A program made the translations under genes and the position numbers. Of a stretch of 64,000 nt of DNA, positions 20,205 to 29,895 are shown in pieces. The notes below the pieces were generated by a model that did no database searches, had not been told where the DNA came from, and was given only the letters and a program-made list of their open reading frames with translations. The stretch is taken from positions 1,414,009 to 1,478,008 of the forward strand of contig OZ006973.1 of the NCBI GenBank assembly GCA_963931085.1, in the 5' to 3' direction. Within the stretch, counting starts at the first letter, position 1; each line of letters opens with the position of its first letter. The stretch is from an uncultured Clostridia bacterium. Its GTDB lineage: Bacteria; Bacillota; Clostridia; TANB77; CAG-508.

Positions 20205-21209
20205 ATGAAAAAAATAGGAAAACAAACTTTTAAATTATCAAATCCTGTTTCAATAAAAGAAACGGCAAGTATAGTAGGTCCAAAAGAATCAAACGGTCCA
20301 CTTGCTAAATATTTTGATAAATGTATAGAAGATGAATTTTATGGAGAGTCATCATGGGAAAAAGCTGAAAGCAAATTTATAAAAAGTGCTACTGAGATGT
20401 TAATCACTAAATCCGGAATTTCAAATAAAGATATCGACTTTTGCTTTGCAGGAGATTTATTAAATCAATGTATATCTTCATGTTTTGGTTTAAGAGAAAC
20501 TAATATCCCCTTTTTTGGAATATTTGGTGCATGCTCTACTTTTGTAGAATCTTTAATACTTGGAGCAATGGCTATTGATGGGAATTTCGCAAAAAATGTT
20601 TTGTGTGCTGTATCTAGCCATTTTTGTAGTGCAGAAAAACAATTTAGATTTCCTTTAGAACTTGGAAACCAAAGACCCCCTACTTCGCAGTGGACTGTTA
20701 CCGGAAGTGGAGCTTGTATATTATCTAAAGAAGGTACTGGCCCCTATATTACTCATGTAACGCCTGGGAAAATTATAGATATGGGAATAAAAGATGTAAA
20801 TAATATGGGAAGTGCTATGGCTCCTGCTGCAATAGATACTTTAATTACTCATTTTCAAGATACTTCAAGAGATCCTGACTATTATGATGGTATCTTCACT
20901 GGAGACCTTGGATATATTGGCAAAGATATTTTGTTAGATATTGTAAAAACTAAAGGATATGACATAACAAATAATTATAATGATTGTGGGATTTTAATTT
21001 TTGATAAAAATAAACAAGATACTCATTCTGGTGGATCTGGGTGTGCTTGCTGTGCTTCTGTTTTTTCTGGATATCTATATAAAAAATTAAAAGAAAGAAA
21101 ATTAAATAAAATATTACTAATTGCTACAGGTGCACTTACTAATTCTACGACTTCTCAGCAAGGTGAATCTATTCCAGGGATAGCACATGCTGTAAGCATT
21201 GAAATGTAA
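20205..21209 (+). CDS. spoVAD: Stage V sporulation protein AD (SpoVAD)
   Basis: 334 aa with a thiolase-like fold; characteristic SpoVAD N-terminus. Operon position is between spoVAC and spoVAEB. Confidence 0.9.
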   Translation: MKKIGKQTFKLSNPVSIKETASIVGPKESNGPLAKYFDKCIEDEFYGESSWEKAESKFIKSATEMLITKSGISNKDIDFCFAGDLLNQCISSCFGLRETNIPFFGIFGACSTFVESLILGAMAIDGNFAKNVLCAVSSHFCSAEKQFRFPLELGNQRPPTSQWTVTGSGACILSKEGTGPYITHVTPGKIIDMGIKDVNNMGSAMAPAAIDTLITHFQDTSRDPDYYDGIFTGDLGYIGKDILLDIVKTKGYDITNNYNDCGILIFDKNKQDTHSGGSGCACCASVFSGYLYKKLKERKLNKILLIATGALTNSTTSQQGESIPGIAHAVSIEM

Positions 21210-21224
21210 TTGAAAGGATTTTTT

Positions 21225-21612
21225 ATGGAATTTTTACAAAACATAAATTATTTAAAATTATTATATGCCTATATAATAGGAGGAATCATTTGTATTATTG
21301 CTCAAATATTAATTGATAAAACAAAACTTACTTCTGCAAGAATTTTAGTATTATATGTAACAGTTGGAACTATTTTAGGTGGGCTTGGTATATATAAATA
21401 TTTAGTAGATTTTGCAGGAGCTCGGAGCTACTGTTCCTCTTACAGGCTTTGGATATAATCTAGCAAAAGGAGTTATTAATGAAGTAAATAATATTGGATT
21501 TTTAGGAATATTTACAGGAGGAGTAAAAGCTGCTGCAGGTGGGATTTCTGCTGCTATCTTTTTTGGATATATTGCTTCTCTTGTTTCAAAACCCAAAATT
21601 AAAAAACAATAA
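21225..21612 (+). CDS. spoVAEB: Stage V sporulation protein AEB (SpoVAEB). Needs a +1 shift at in-frame CGG 21423..21425
   Basis: AYIIGGIICIIAQILIDKTKLTSARILVLYVTVGTILGGLGIYKYLVDFAGA then CGG. Skipping the C gives GATVPLTGFGYNLAKGV...FFGYIASLVSKPK, the conserved SpoVAE C-terminus. Split into two ORFs in the track. Confidence 0.8.
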
Positions 21613-21734
21613 ATAATAAAATAAGTATTTAAAAATTGATTAACTTTAAAAATTGATTAACTTTAATTTTTATTTTACAGTCTTTGCTTATCATGTTATA
21701 ATATTTAGAAAAATTTAGAAGGAGGGTCAATGCT

Positions 21735-22226
21735 ATGTTTACAAAAGGCTTATTTGACACTGAAAGATTGCGGATTCGCACATTTAGACGGAAGGATTTC
21801 GAGAGGTTTCTAGATATTGCACTTGATAAAGAAGTACAAAAATACTTTAAAGGTCTTGGCCGATCCGTCTCTGAGATATCTGAGTACTTTGATTTGATTA
21901 TGTCTCAAGATAGGCAATATAATGAAGCTCTTGCAATCACTCTTAGAACAACACATCAAATAATTGGTTACATCGGAGCTTTCTCAATGCCCCCTGAAAC
22001 ATTAAATGTAGAATACTTTCTCGCAAAGGAATTCAGAGAGTGCAGGTACGGGACAGAGGCTTTTGAAGGACTAATTTCTTACATCAGGATTTTCTATCCA
22101 CACATAAGATATATCTCACTTATGTTAGACAAAAAAAACATCGCATCTCAAGAATTACTTTCTAATTTTGGTCCTGAGATAAGAGATTTTGATACAAAAA
22201 ATTACGAGTACATTATATCTCTTTAA
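21735..22226 (+). CDS. GNAT family N-acetyltransferase (RimJ/RimL-like). Higher GC than surroundings. Uses two in-frame CGG Arg codons.
   Basis: TERLRIRTFRRKDFERF start typical of Acetyltransf_3. Extended -10 TGTTATAAT upstream. A tandem 17-18-bp direct repeat lies at 21631..21665. Confidence 0.75.
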   Translation: MFTKGLFDTERLRIRTFRRKDFERFLDIALDKEVQKYFKGLGRSVSEISEYFDLIMSQDRQYNEALAITLRTTHQIIGYIGAFSMPPETLNVEYFLAKEFRECRYGTEAFEGLISYIRIFYPHIRYISLMLDKKNIASQELLSNFGPEIRDFDTKNYEYIISL

Positions 22227-22320
22227 TCTACTAACCTAAAAAGGAAGATCACTATGTTTAAATTAAAAATAAGAGAACCAGTAGTAACTACTGCTGGCTC
22301 TCTTGTTTTATTTTTGCTTA

Positions 22321-25173
22321 TTATTTTGCCACGATATTAAAAATCTTTCCTTTTACATAGATTTCTTTTACAACTGTTTTATCTTTTAGTAAAGTTTGTA
22401 TTGTTTCATTTTCTCTTACTTTATCTTTAACCATGCATTCTTCCTCATCTTTTACGATTTTAATAGTAGTCTTAACTTTACCATTTATCTGTACAGGAAT
22501 TTCTATTTCATCATCTATTGTCTTTGCTTCATCATATGTAGGCCAAAGCATTTGAGAAATATCTTTTTCCTCTCCTATTTCTTTATATAATTCTTCTGTC
22601 ATATGAGGTGCAAATGGATTTAATAATTGTAAAAACACTTTATATTCTGCTTTATTTATTTGTTTTTCTTTATAGAACTCATTTACCATTGTCATAAATG
22701 TTGCAACAGCAGTATTAAACTTCATTTCTTCTATATCTGAACTTACTTTTTTAATAGCTTTATGCATCATTTTTTCAAACTTAGGAGAAAATTCATCACC
22801 TTCTACTACCATATCCTTTAAGTTCCATACTCTATCTAAGAATTTGCTACAACCTCTTATACTTTCCATTGACCATGGAGCTGTTTGATCAAATGGTCCC
22901 ATAAACATTTCATAAACTCTAAAACTATCTGCTCCAAATTCTTCTACTATATCATCAGGATTTATTACATTACCTTTAGATTTAGACATTTTTTCACCAT
23001 TACCACCTAAAATCATACCATGAGATGTACGTTTTTGATAAGGCTCTTTAGTTGGAACAACTCCTATATCATATAAGAATTTATGCCAAAATCTTGAATA
23101 TAGTAAGTGAAGTGTTGTATGTTCCATTCCCCCATTATACCAATCTACAGGAGACCAATATTTAAGTGCTTCTTTTGAAGCTAGTGCTTTATCATTATGT
23201 GGATCCATATATCTCAAGAAATACCAAGATGATCCAGCCCATTGAGGCATTGTATCAGTTTCTCTTCTTGCATCTTTTCCACAACATGGACATTTTGTTT
23301 TTATCCATTCTGTTTGTTTTGCAAGTGGTGATTCTCCATTTTCTCCTGGTTCGTAATCTTCAATATCAGGAAGAACTAATGGAAGTTCTTCTTCAGGAAT
23401 TGGATTCCATCCACAATCTTCACAATATGCCATAGGAATTGGCTCTCCCCAATATCTTTGACGAGAAAATACCCAATCACGAAGTTTATAATTTACTTTT
23501 CTTTCTCCAAGTTTATTATCATGTATAAATTCTATTGCTTTATTTTTTGCATCTGAAGAATCAAGTCCTGTCAAGAAATCAGAATTTATTGAAATAGAAT
23601 TTGATAAATCATCATATGATTTTTTATTAAAATACATATCAATTTGGAATTTTTGACTTTCAATATTTATGTAGTCATATAATTTATCTTTTTCTACCCA
23701 AACTCTTTCAGATAATTTTGCTTCTTCTTCAGATATTTCTTTTTTATCTAAAGAATTAAGTTCTATAACAACACATTCTTGTATAATTTTTCTATTTACT
23801 TTCTTGTGATCTGCATAAAATTCATCAAATGTAGTTGCATTAATTTGATATACATTTTTAGTATCAAAATAACCTGTCTCTTCTGTCATTTCTCTTACAG
23901 CTGCTTTGCTTGCAGTTTCACCTTCTTCTATTCCACCCATAACTAGGTTTTTCCAGCATCTATCATCATGTGCTAATACTAAATATTTATCCTCTACAGG
24001 ATGTTTTATAATTACACTTACAACATGTCTTTCTGTATTTTTAGCATCTTTTCTTGGTGGATTATTTTCATCAAAGAACTTTGGAGCAACTACTTGTTTA
24101 ATTGGTAAATTAAATTTAGTAGCAAACTCAAAATCTCTTTCATCGTGTGCAGGTACTGCCATAATAGCCCCTGTTCCGTAAGTGCTTAATACATAATCAG
24201 AAATCCATACAGGTATTTTTTCTTTAGTTAAAGGATTTATTGCTTTAATTCCTTTTATTTCAACACCTGTTTTTTCTTTATTTAGCTCTGATCTTTCAAA
24301 ATCAGATTTTAAAGCTGCTTTTCTCTTATATTCTTCTACTTCTTCAATATTTGTAATTTTGTCTTTATATTCTTCTATTAATTTATGCTCTGGGGCAATA
24401 ACCATATAAGTTGCACCAAATATAGTATCAGGTCTTGTTGTATATACGCGTAGTGATTCATCTATACCATCTAATTTAAAATTAACTTCTGCTCCTTCAC
24501 TTCTTCCTATCCAATTAATTTGTTGAGCTTTTATTTTCTCTAAAAAGTCTACTTCATCTAAATCATCAATTAATCTTTGAGCATATTTTGTAATTCTAAG
24601 CATCCATTGGCTTTTTTCTTTTTGAACTACTGGACTTCCACATCTTTCACAAACACCATTTACAACTTCTTCGTTTGCTAATCCTACTTTACATCCTGTA
24701 CAGAAGTTAATTGGCATTGTTGCTTTATATGCAAGACCATGTTTATATAATTGAATAAAAATCCATTGTGTCCATTTATAATAATTAGGATCTGTAGTAT
24801 TTACTTCTCTTGACCAATCAAAAGAAAAACCTATTGATTTTAATTGTTCTTTAAAATGTTTAATATTGTTTTCGGTAGTTATTCTAGGATGAATATGGTT
24901 TTTAATTGCATAATTTTCAGCTGGTAAACCAAAAGCATCAAAACCTATCGGATAGAGTACATTATATCCTTGCATTCTCTTTTTTCTTGCGATAATATCT
25001 AATGCAGTATAACTTCTTGGATGACCTACATGTAAACCTTGTCCTGAAGGATAAGGAAATTCGATTAATCCATACCATTTTGGTAATGTAAAATCATCTT
25101 TTGCATTAAATGTTCCTTCTTTTTCCCATTTTTCTTGCCACTTTTTTTCAACCTTTTTAAAATCGTATGACAT
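22321..25173 (-). CDS. leuS: Leucyl-tRNA synthetase with a ~120-aa Nudix hydrolase domain inserted after the CP1 editing domain
   Basis: Class I motifs HVGH and KMSKS. Editing-domain markers TRPDT and [14 protein letters not shown] perfect Nudix box [23 protein letters not shown] lies between the CP1 end and the [11 protein letters not shown]...RYWGEPIP region. Total 950 aa versus ~805-860 aa typical. Confidence 0.9.
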   Translation of the reverse strand: MSYDFKKVEKKWQEKWEKEGTFNAKDDFTLPKWYGLIEFPYPSGQGLHVGHPRSYTALDIIARKKRMQGYNVLYPIGFDAFGLPAENYAIKNHIHPRITTENNIKHFKEQLKSIGFSFDWSREVNTTDPNYYKWTQWIFIQLYKHGLAYKATMPINFCTGCKVGLANEEVVNGVCERCGSPVVQKEKSQWMLRITKYAQRLIDDLDEVDFLEKIKAQQINWIGRSEGAEVNFKLDGIDESLRVYTTRPDTIFGATYMVIAPEHKLIEEYKDKITNIEEVEEYKRKAALKSDFERSELNKEKTGVEIKGIKAINPLTKEKIPVWISDYVLSTYGTGAIMAVPAHDERDFEFATKFNLPIKQVVAPKFFDENNPPRKDAKNTERHVVSVIIKHPVEDKYLVLAHDDRCWKNLVMGGIEEGETASKAAVREMTEETGYFDTKNVYQINATTFDEFYADHKKVNRKIIQECVVIELNSLDKKEISEEEAKLSERVWVEKDKLYDYINIESQKFQIDMYFNKKSYDDLSNSISINSDFLTGLDSSDAKNKAIEFIHDNKLGERKVNYKLRDWVFSRQRYWGEPIPMAYCEDCGWNPIPEEELPLVLPDIEDYEPGENGESPLAKQTEWIKTKCPCCGKDARRETDTMPQWAGSSWYFLRYMDPHNDKALASKEALKYWSPVDWYNGGMEHTTLHLLYSRFWHKFLYDIGVVPTKEPYQKRTSHGMILGGNGEKMSKSKGNVINPDDIVEEFGADSFRVYEMFMGPFDQTAPWSMESIRGCSKFLDRVWNLKDMVVEGDEFSPKFEKMMHKAIKKVSSDIEEMKFNTAVATFMTMVNEFYKEKQINKAEYKVFLQLLNPFAPHMTEELYKEIGEEKDISQMLWPTYDEAKTIDDEIEIPVQINGKVKTTIKIVKDEEECMVKDKVRENETIQTLLKDKTVVKEIYVKGKIFNIVAK

Positions 25174-25346
25174 ATGTATCTCTCCTTTATCTTAGAATAT
25201 CAACAATTATATAACACTATGTTACATTTTGCAATAATTAGTAATATATAAATTAAAAAGATATGTATATAAATTTAAAAAATAAAAAATAAAAAAGATA
25301 ATAAATAAAAATATTTTACTTATTAACTTTTTTATCTTAATTATTT

Positions 25347-26231
25347 TTAATTATCATTATTATCATCTTGGCTTTTAGATTTTTCTATGATTTTCTTTTT
25401 TCTTTCATCATAGTCATCTAAAAAATGATATATATCATTTCCTTTTTGATAAGAAATTATTGTACTTAAATTCACATTTTGCACACTACTAAATATATTC
25501 ATATCTATATTATCATAATTATTTTTAAGCTGTTTTATTAATGATTTCATTTCTTCTCTTTTAGATGTTCCATCTACATTTCCATTTGCCTCATATTCTT
25601 CTGTAAATTTACAAGCACATTTAATAAAATCAAGATTATATTTATCTCTCCATTTAAGGATAGCCTCTTCTTTTACGTAATACATTGGCCTTATAAGTTC
25701 CATTCCTGGATGTGATGTACTTAAGATTTTAGGCATCATTGTTTGAAGTTGTCCGCCATAAAACATTCCCATTAGTATTGTTTCTATAACATCATCAAAA
25801 TGATGACCAAGTGCTATTTTATTGCATCCTATTTTTTTAGCTTTTTCATATAAATATCCTCTTCTCATACGGGCACATATGTAACAAGGATTATTTTCAA
25901 TTCTTACTACTGAATTAAAAATTGGGGTTTCAAATATCTCAATAGGAATATTTAATAATTTAGCATTTTCTATAATTTTATTTCTATTTAATTCATTATA
26001 ACCTGGATCCATAACTATAAATTTTAAATCAAAATCCATTTTTCTATGTCTTTTAATTTCTTGAAAGCATTTAGCCATAAGCATTGAATCTTTACCACCA
26101 GATATGCAAACTGCAATTTTATCGCCATCTTCTATCATTTTAAAATCCATTACTGCTTTTACAAATTTAGACCATATATTTTTTCTATATGTAGTTATTA
26201 AACCTCTTTCAATTTCTTTATACTTTTCCAA
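25347..26231 (-). CDS. ttcA: PP-loop ATPase, TtcA-like tRNA 2-thiocytidine synthetase family
   Basis: SGGKDS PP-loop, CYICARMRRG, and ALGHHFDD motifs. Confidence 0.75.
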   Translation of the reverse strand: MEKYKEIERGLITTYRKNIWSKFVKAVMDFKMIEDGDKIAVCISGGKDSMLMAKCFQEIKRHRKMDFDLKFIVMDPGYNELNRNKIIENAKLLNIPIEIFETPIFNSVVRIENNPCYICARMRRGYLYEKAKKIGCNKIALGHHFDDVIETILMGMFYGGQLQTMMPKILSTSHPGMELIRPMYYVKEEAILKWRDKYNLDFIKCACKFTEEYEANGNVDGTSKREEMKSLIKQLKNNYDNIDMNIFSSVQNVNLSTIISYQKGNDIYHFLDDYDERKKKIIEKSKSQDDNNDN

Positions 26232-26338
26232 TATTCATTCCTCTATTAATTATTGTTTTATTATATATATTTTTTATTTATATCTATTTTTATTCATATT
26301 TATTTTTATTTATTTATTTTTATTTATTTTTTATTTAT

Positions 26339-27085
26339 TTATTTTTTAGTGAACTTTTGATTTCCACCACTAAAATTAGACTGACTATATCTTTTATTTT
26401 TTGTTCTAGCTAAAATTTTCTTTTTCTTTGTATTTGATGGAACATTTCTTCCACTTAAAACTTTACTAGTAAGAAGTATGTTATCTTCACTATTTTCTTC
26501 CTTATTCTTTTTTATTTCTTCTTCAATTTTCTCTTTTTCTTTTTTAAAATCAATTTCTAACTTATCTGTTGGTTCTGTTTCATTTTTTATATCGTAATAA
26601 TAAAAATCTCTTGAATATATACCAATACAAATTATAGTAGAAACTAATAAAGTATATCCTCCATAAAGAGCACTATAAATTGTAAGAATAACATTATTTA
26701 TAATTTCAGCAATTCTGCATAGTTTTTTATCTTCATTTTTTAAAAATAATATCATATTACTTAATATTATAATTATCATAAATAAATCATAAATTCTCTT
26801 ATATGAAAATATAATTAATATTAAAAAAATAATTCCATAAATAATATATATGTTTCTAGGAATTTTCTCATTCTTTATCTTATACATATACTCACACATA
26901 ACTAGTGTTCCAATAAGCATATAGCAAATAGCACCAGTATATGCATTAAGAAGTAATAATGTAACTCCAATAAAAAAATATGTACCAAGAATCATTATCA
27001 AAGATGACTTTTCTTCTCTTACAAAATATTTTCCAATATTTAAAGTACTTGCAAGTATCCCTATAAATTGTGCAAATATAAACAT
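26339..27085 (-). CDS. Hypothetical polytopic membrane protein with a Lys-rich C-terminus
   Basis: 248 aa, about 6 hydrophobic helices, KKKKILARTKNKR tail. Confidence 0.45.
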   Translation of the reverse strand: MFIFAQFIGILASTLNIGKYFVREEKSSLIMILGTYFFIGVTLLLLNAYTGAICYMLIGTLVMCEYMYKIKNEKIPRNIYIIYGIIFLILIIFSYKRIYDLFMIIIILSNMILFLKNEDKKLCRIAEIINNVILTIYSALYGGYTLLVSTIICIGIYSRDFYYYDIKNETEPTDKLEIDFKKEKEKIEEEIKKNKEENSEDNILLTSKVLSGRNVPSNTKKKKILARTKNKRYSQSNFSGGNQKFTKK

Positions 27086-27124
27086 ATCACATTTCTCCTA
27101 TTAATAAATATATAAAATTTTATA

Positions 27125-27734
27125 TTATATTATTTTATTTTCAATCAATATTTCTTTTAATTTTTCAATGTCTAATCCGTACAATAACATCAAATGACCC
27201 TATATAGCTTTCTATATATTTATTTCCAATTCCTTGTATAGCATATGCTCCAGCTTTATCTAAAGGTTCTTTTGTTTCAATATAATCTAATATTTGATTT
27301 TTACTCATATTTTTCATTTTTACAACAGCTTTAGAAGTACAAACACTCTCTTTTATTTTAAGATTATTATTACTTTTTATAAAAACTGTCATACCTGTAT
27401 AAACATAATTTTCATTTCCTTGAAGTTTGCTTAGAATATTAAAAGCATCTTTTTCATCTTTAGGCTTTCCTAAAACATTTCCATCAAAATATACTATTGT
27501 ATCTGCAGCAATTATTACAAATTCATCCATATTATTTTTTTCATTTGCTGATACTTTTTCTAAAACTTCTGTTGCTTTTCCGTAAGATAATTCTTTTACA
27601 AGCTCTTCTGGATCTTTTATACTGCTTTTTAATTTTTCTTCATCAAAACTACTTGGAATTATTCTGTAGCTTTTTACAATTTTTGAAAGTAATTCTTTTC
27701 TTCTTGGAGAAGAAGATGCTAATATAATTTCCAT
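27125..27734 (-). CDS. maf: Maf-like nucleoside triphosphate pyrophosphatase. The C-terminus needs a +1 shift at in-frame CGG 27177..27179
   Basis: ILASSSPRRKELL N-terminus. Zero frame ends ...SFDVIVRIRH. Skipping the C of GTA-CGG-A gives ...DVIVGLDIEKLKEILIENKII, matching the conserved Maf C-terminal VxGLP..L pattern. Confidence 0.8.
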
Positions 27735-27749
27735 TTTATTTCCTCTACT

Positions 27750-28284
27750 TTATTTTATATTAATATATTTTCCTTTTTCATTTTGTTCTTTATAAAATTG
27801 TTGTAATTTAACTATATCATAGTCGTTTTTAAAAGCTCTTTTAGGAATAACTGTATAAGCAAACTTTGATTGCATTAAATATATAAAATCTTTACTTTCC
27901 CATATTTCCTCAATGATAAACCATTTTGTTTCAGCTTTTCCCTTTTTAAAAATACTTTTTATTCCATCTTTATCTATTTCAAAATTCATTTTTTCTTTAA
28001 TAAACTCTGTTTTATCATAAAGTTTTCCGAGGTTGCAAAAAATAAAGTATACCAATTAACATATAAGAAATTAAAAGTAAGATTCCTATTATAATTGAAA
28101 AGAAATATTCTCCTATACATAAAAATAATACTTCTATTAAAGTCATAATTATTAAGAAAATAATATTTCCGTTTGATATTGTTTTACTCTGTCTTAAAAA
28201 CTTCCTTCTAGATTTAATATATTCATCTTTTGTAAAAGTAAATTCTAATTTTATACTCTCTTTATCTAATTTAATTTTACTCAT
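27750..28284 (-). CDS. YcxB-like small membrane protein. Two ORFs joined by a +1 shift at in-frame CGG 28028..28030
   Basis: N-terminal soluble part, two TM helices, C-terminal part. The upstream frame reads CCT-CGG-AAA-ACT-TTA-TGA. Skipping the C gives QPGKLYDKTEFIKEK..., continuous with ORF 27750..28055. Confidence 0.55.
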
Positions 28285-28441
28285 TTATATCACCTTTTTT
28301 ATAATTTAGTATCATTAACATATAAAGTATATCATATGTTTTAAATCTTTTAAATATTTTAAATAATATACTTACATACTTACTTTATATAAATTTATGT
28401 TAAAAAATATATAAATAAAAAATATATAATTATATAAAAAT

Positions 28442-28466
28442 ATATAAAATTGCGGGAGGGAAAGCT
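28442..28466 (-). terminator. GC-rich rho-independent terminator of the 28490..28957 gene
   Basis: Perfect 9-bp stem GCGGGAGGG-N7-CCCTCCCGC, followed by a T-rich tract on the minus strand. Confidence 0.6.
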
Positions 28467-28489
28467 CCCCTCCCGCGCTTTATGGACGT

Positions 28490-28957
28490 TTACTCTTTAG
28501 CCGGTGTAAACTCAACGCACCAGTCGCTGTGTTTCCCGCGAAGCCTGCTCATCACAGGATACATACTGAAGTGGAATTTCTCCGCCATGATTGCAACTCT
28601 GAAGATAACTTTGAGAAAGTCCATCTGTTTCCCGATATCATATCTTTTGTACACTTTGCAATACTGCTTGTTGTACATGATAGACACCTTGCCATCGCCT
28701 AAATACTCGATTTCGGCAACGACTCTCGTTTTGATACTTCCCTTCTTTGCTAGCTCAATCAGCTCCTTTCTCATTGCAGTCCAAATCCGTGTTGCCTGAG
28801 CATCAGCTCGTTTGCTTTCTTCAAGTTCGGTCTCAGGATTTTCTAAGGCATTTGCTACCTTTGTTCCTAAGTCCTTGATGCTAACATTGCCTAAATTTTC
28901 AATCACTTCAATAAAGCTCCTTTCTAGGCATTGATCATAAAATGATCTTAACATCAT
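28490..28957 (-). CDS. Hypothetical protein in a short ~45% GC island (likely horizontally acquired). Contains one ordinary in-frame CGG Arg codon.
   Basis: 155-aa ORF whose GC is far above flanking DNA. It has its own GC-rich terminator. ATRIW is encoded with CGG at 28787..28789. No family recognised. Confidence 0.55.
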   Translation of the reverse strand: MMLRSFYDQCLERSFIEVIENLGNVSIKDLGTKVANALENPETELEESKRADAQATRIWTAMRKELIELAKKGSIKTRVVAEIEYLGDGKVSIMYNKQYCKVYKRYDIGKQMDFLKVIFRVAIMAEKFHFSMYPVMSRLRGKHSDWCVEFTPAKE

Positions 28958-29045
28958 ATTTTAGCATTTTTTTATAAAAAATCAATATGTTAACATAATT
29001 TTTATAAATAAATAAAAAGTATCACATTTTTCTCATGTAATACTT

Positions 29046-29669
29046 TTATTTCTCCAAATATGTTGCAGCATTATTTTTATCAACAATCTGAAATCCTTTC
29101 AATTTCTTTATTTTATTTCTCCTCCATAATTCCTCATATAGTTGAACTGGAATATCTACTTTGTAATTATCTTTAACTTCTGGAAATGAGAATGTAATTT
29201 TACCATTTTCATAATTTGAAAAATATATTTTTTCCGCTTCGCATTCTTTTATTCCATCCTCTTCTACTTTGCTAATAACAAATGGTTTAATAAGTTCTAT
29301 TAAAACATCATTTAACATAGCTTCAAAAACACATATTTTTTCTAATAAATCATTCTTTGAAAAAACAATACGTGCTTTATCCTCACATTTTTCAGGAAGT
29401 GATATTTGTTTTATTTTATCAACTACTTCAATATCTTCTTTTGGAACATAATAAATCATAAAATGATTTTTAATATCATTATATACAGTTAAATAATCAA
29501 CTTGAAAATCATTTCCACATTTTGGGCAAGTATATTTGAAAAAGTCTAAACTTTTTACTTCTTCTTTTATTTTTGAATCAGTATCAACATTTATTGAATC
29601 CCATACATTAAATTTTCCAACATGTCCACAATTTACACATTTAACTTCTTGAAAATGCATTCTACTCAT
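29046..29669 (-). CDS. CpXC domain protein
   Basis: Two CxxC pairs (CVNCGH ... CPKCGN) at the N-terminus. 207 aa. Confidence 0.65.
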   Translation of the reverse strand: MSRMHFQEVKCVNCGHVGKFNVWDSINVDTDSKIKEEVKSLDFFKYTCPKCGNDFQVDYLTVYNDIKNHFMIYYVPKEDIEVVDKIKQISLPEKCEDKARIVFSKNDLLEKICVFEAMLNDVLIELIKPFVISKVEEDGIKECEAEKIYFSNYENGKITFSFPEVKDNYKVDIPVQLYEELWRRNKIKKLKGFQIVDKNNAATYLEK

Positions 29670-29895
29670 TTGCCTATTCCTCCTTCATCTATGCATCTCT
29701 TTTTTTATTTTACCAATAATCATTTTAAATTTCCAATATACTTTTAAAAAAATTAATTATTTTTTCCTTATTTTTAAATCAATTTTATTAATATTTCTTT
29801 TTATTTACATTTTCATTTCAATTTTACAATTTAATTGATTTTATGTTTCCTAAATAATATAATTAAAGTATATAATTATACTTAGGAGAAAAAAA

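Noticed and set aside
22254-22340. 28-aa hydrophobic small ORF ([28 protein letters not shown]) with an AAAGGAAGA RBS, convergent with the leuS 3' end
   Set aside because: Plausible RBS, but it overlaps the leuS stop region antisense and there is no conservation evidence. Kept out of the feature list as too weak.
25174-25346. T-box leader upstream of leuS
   Set aside because: Only ~170 nt of AT-rich sequence. No T-box consensus (AATTAGGGTGGTACCGCG-like) and no specifier or antiterminator structure.
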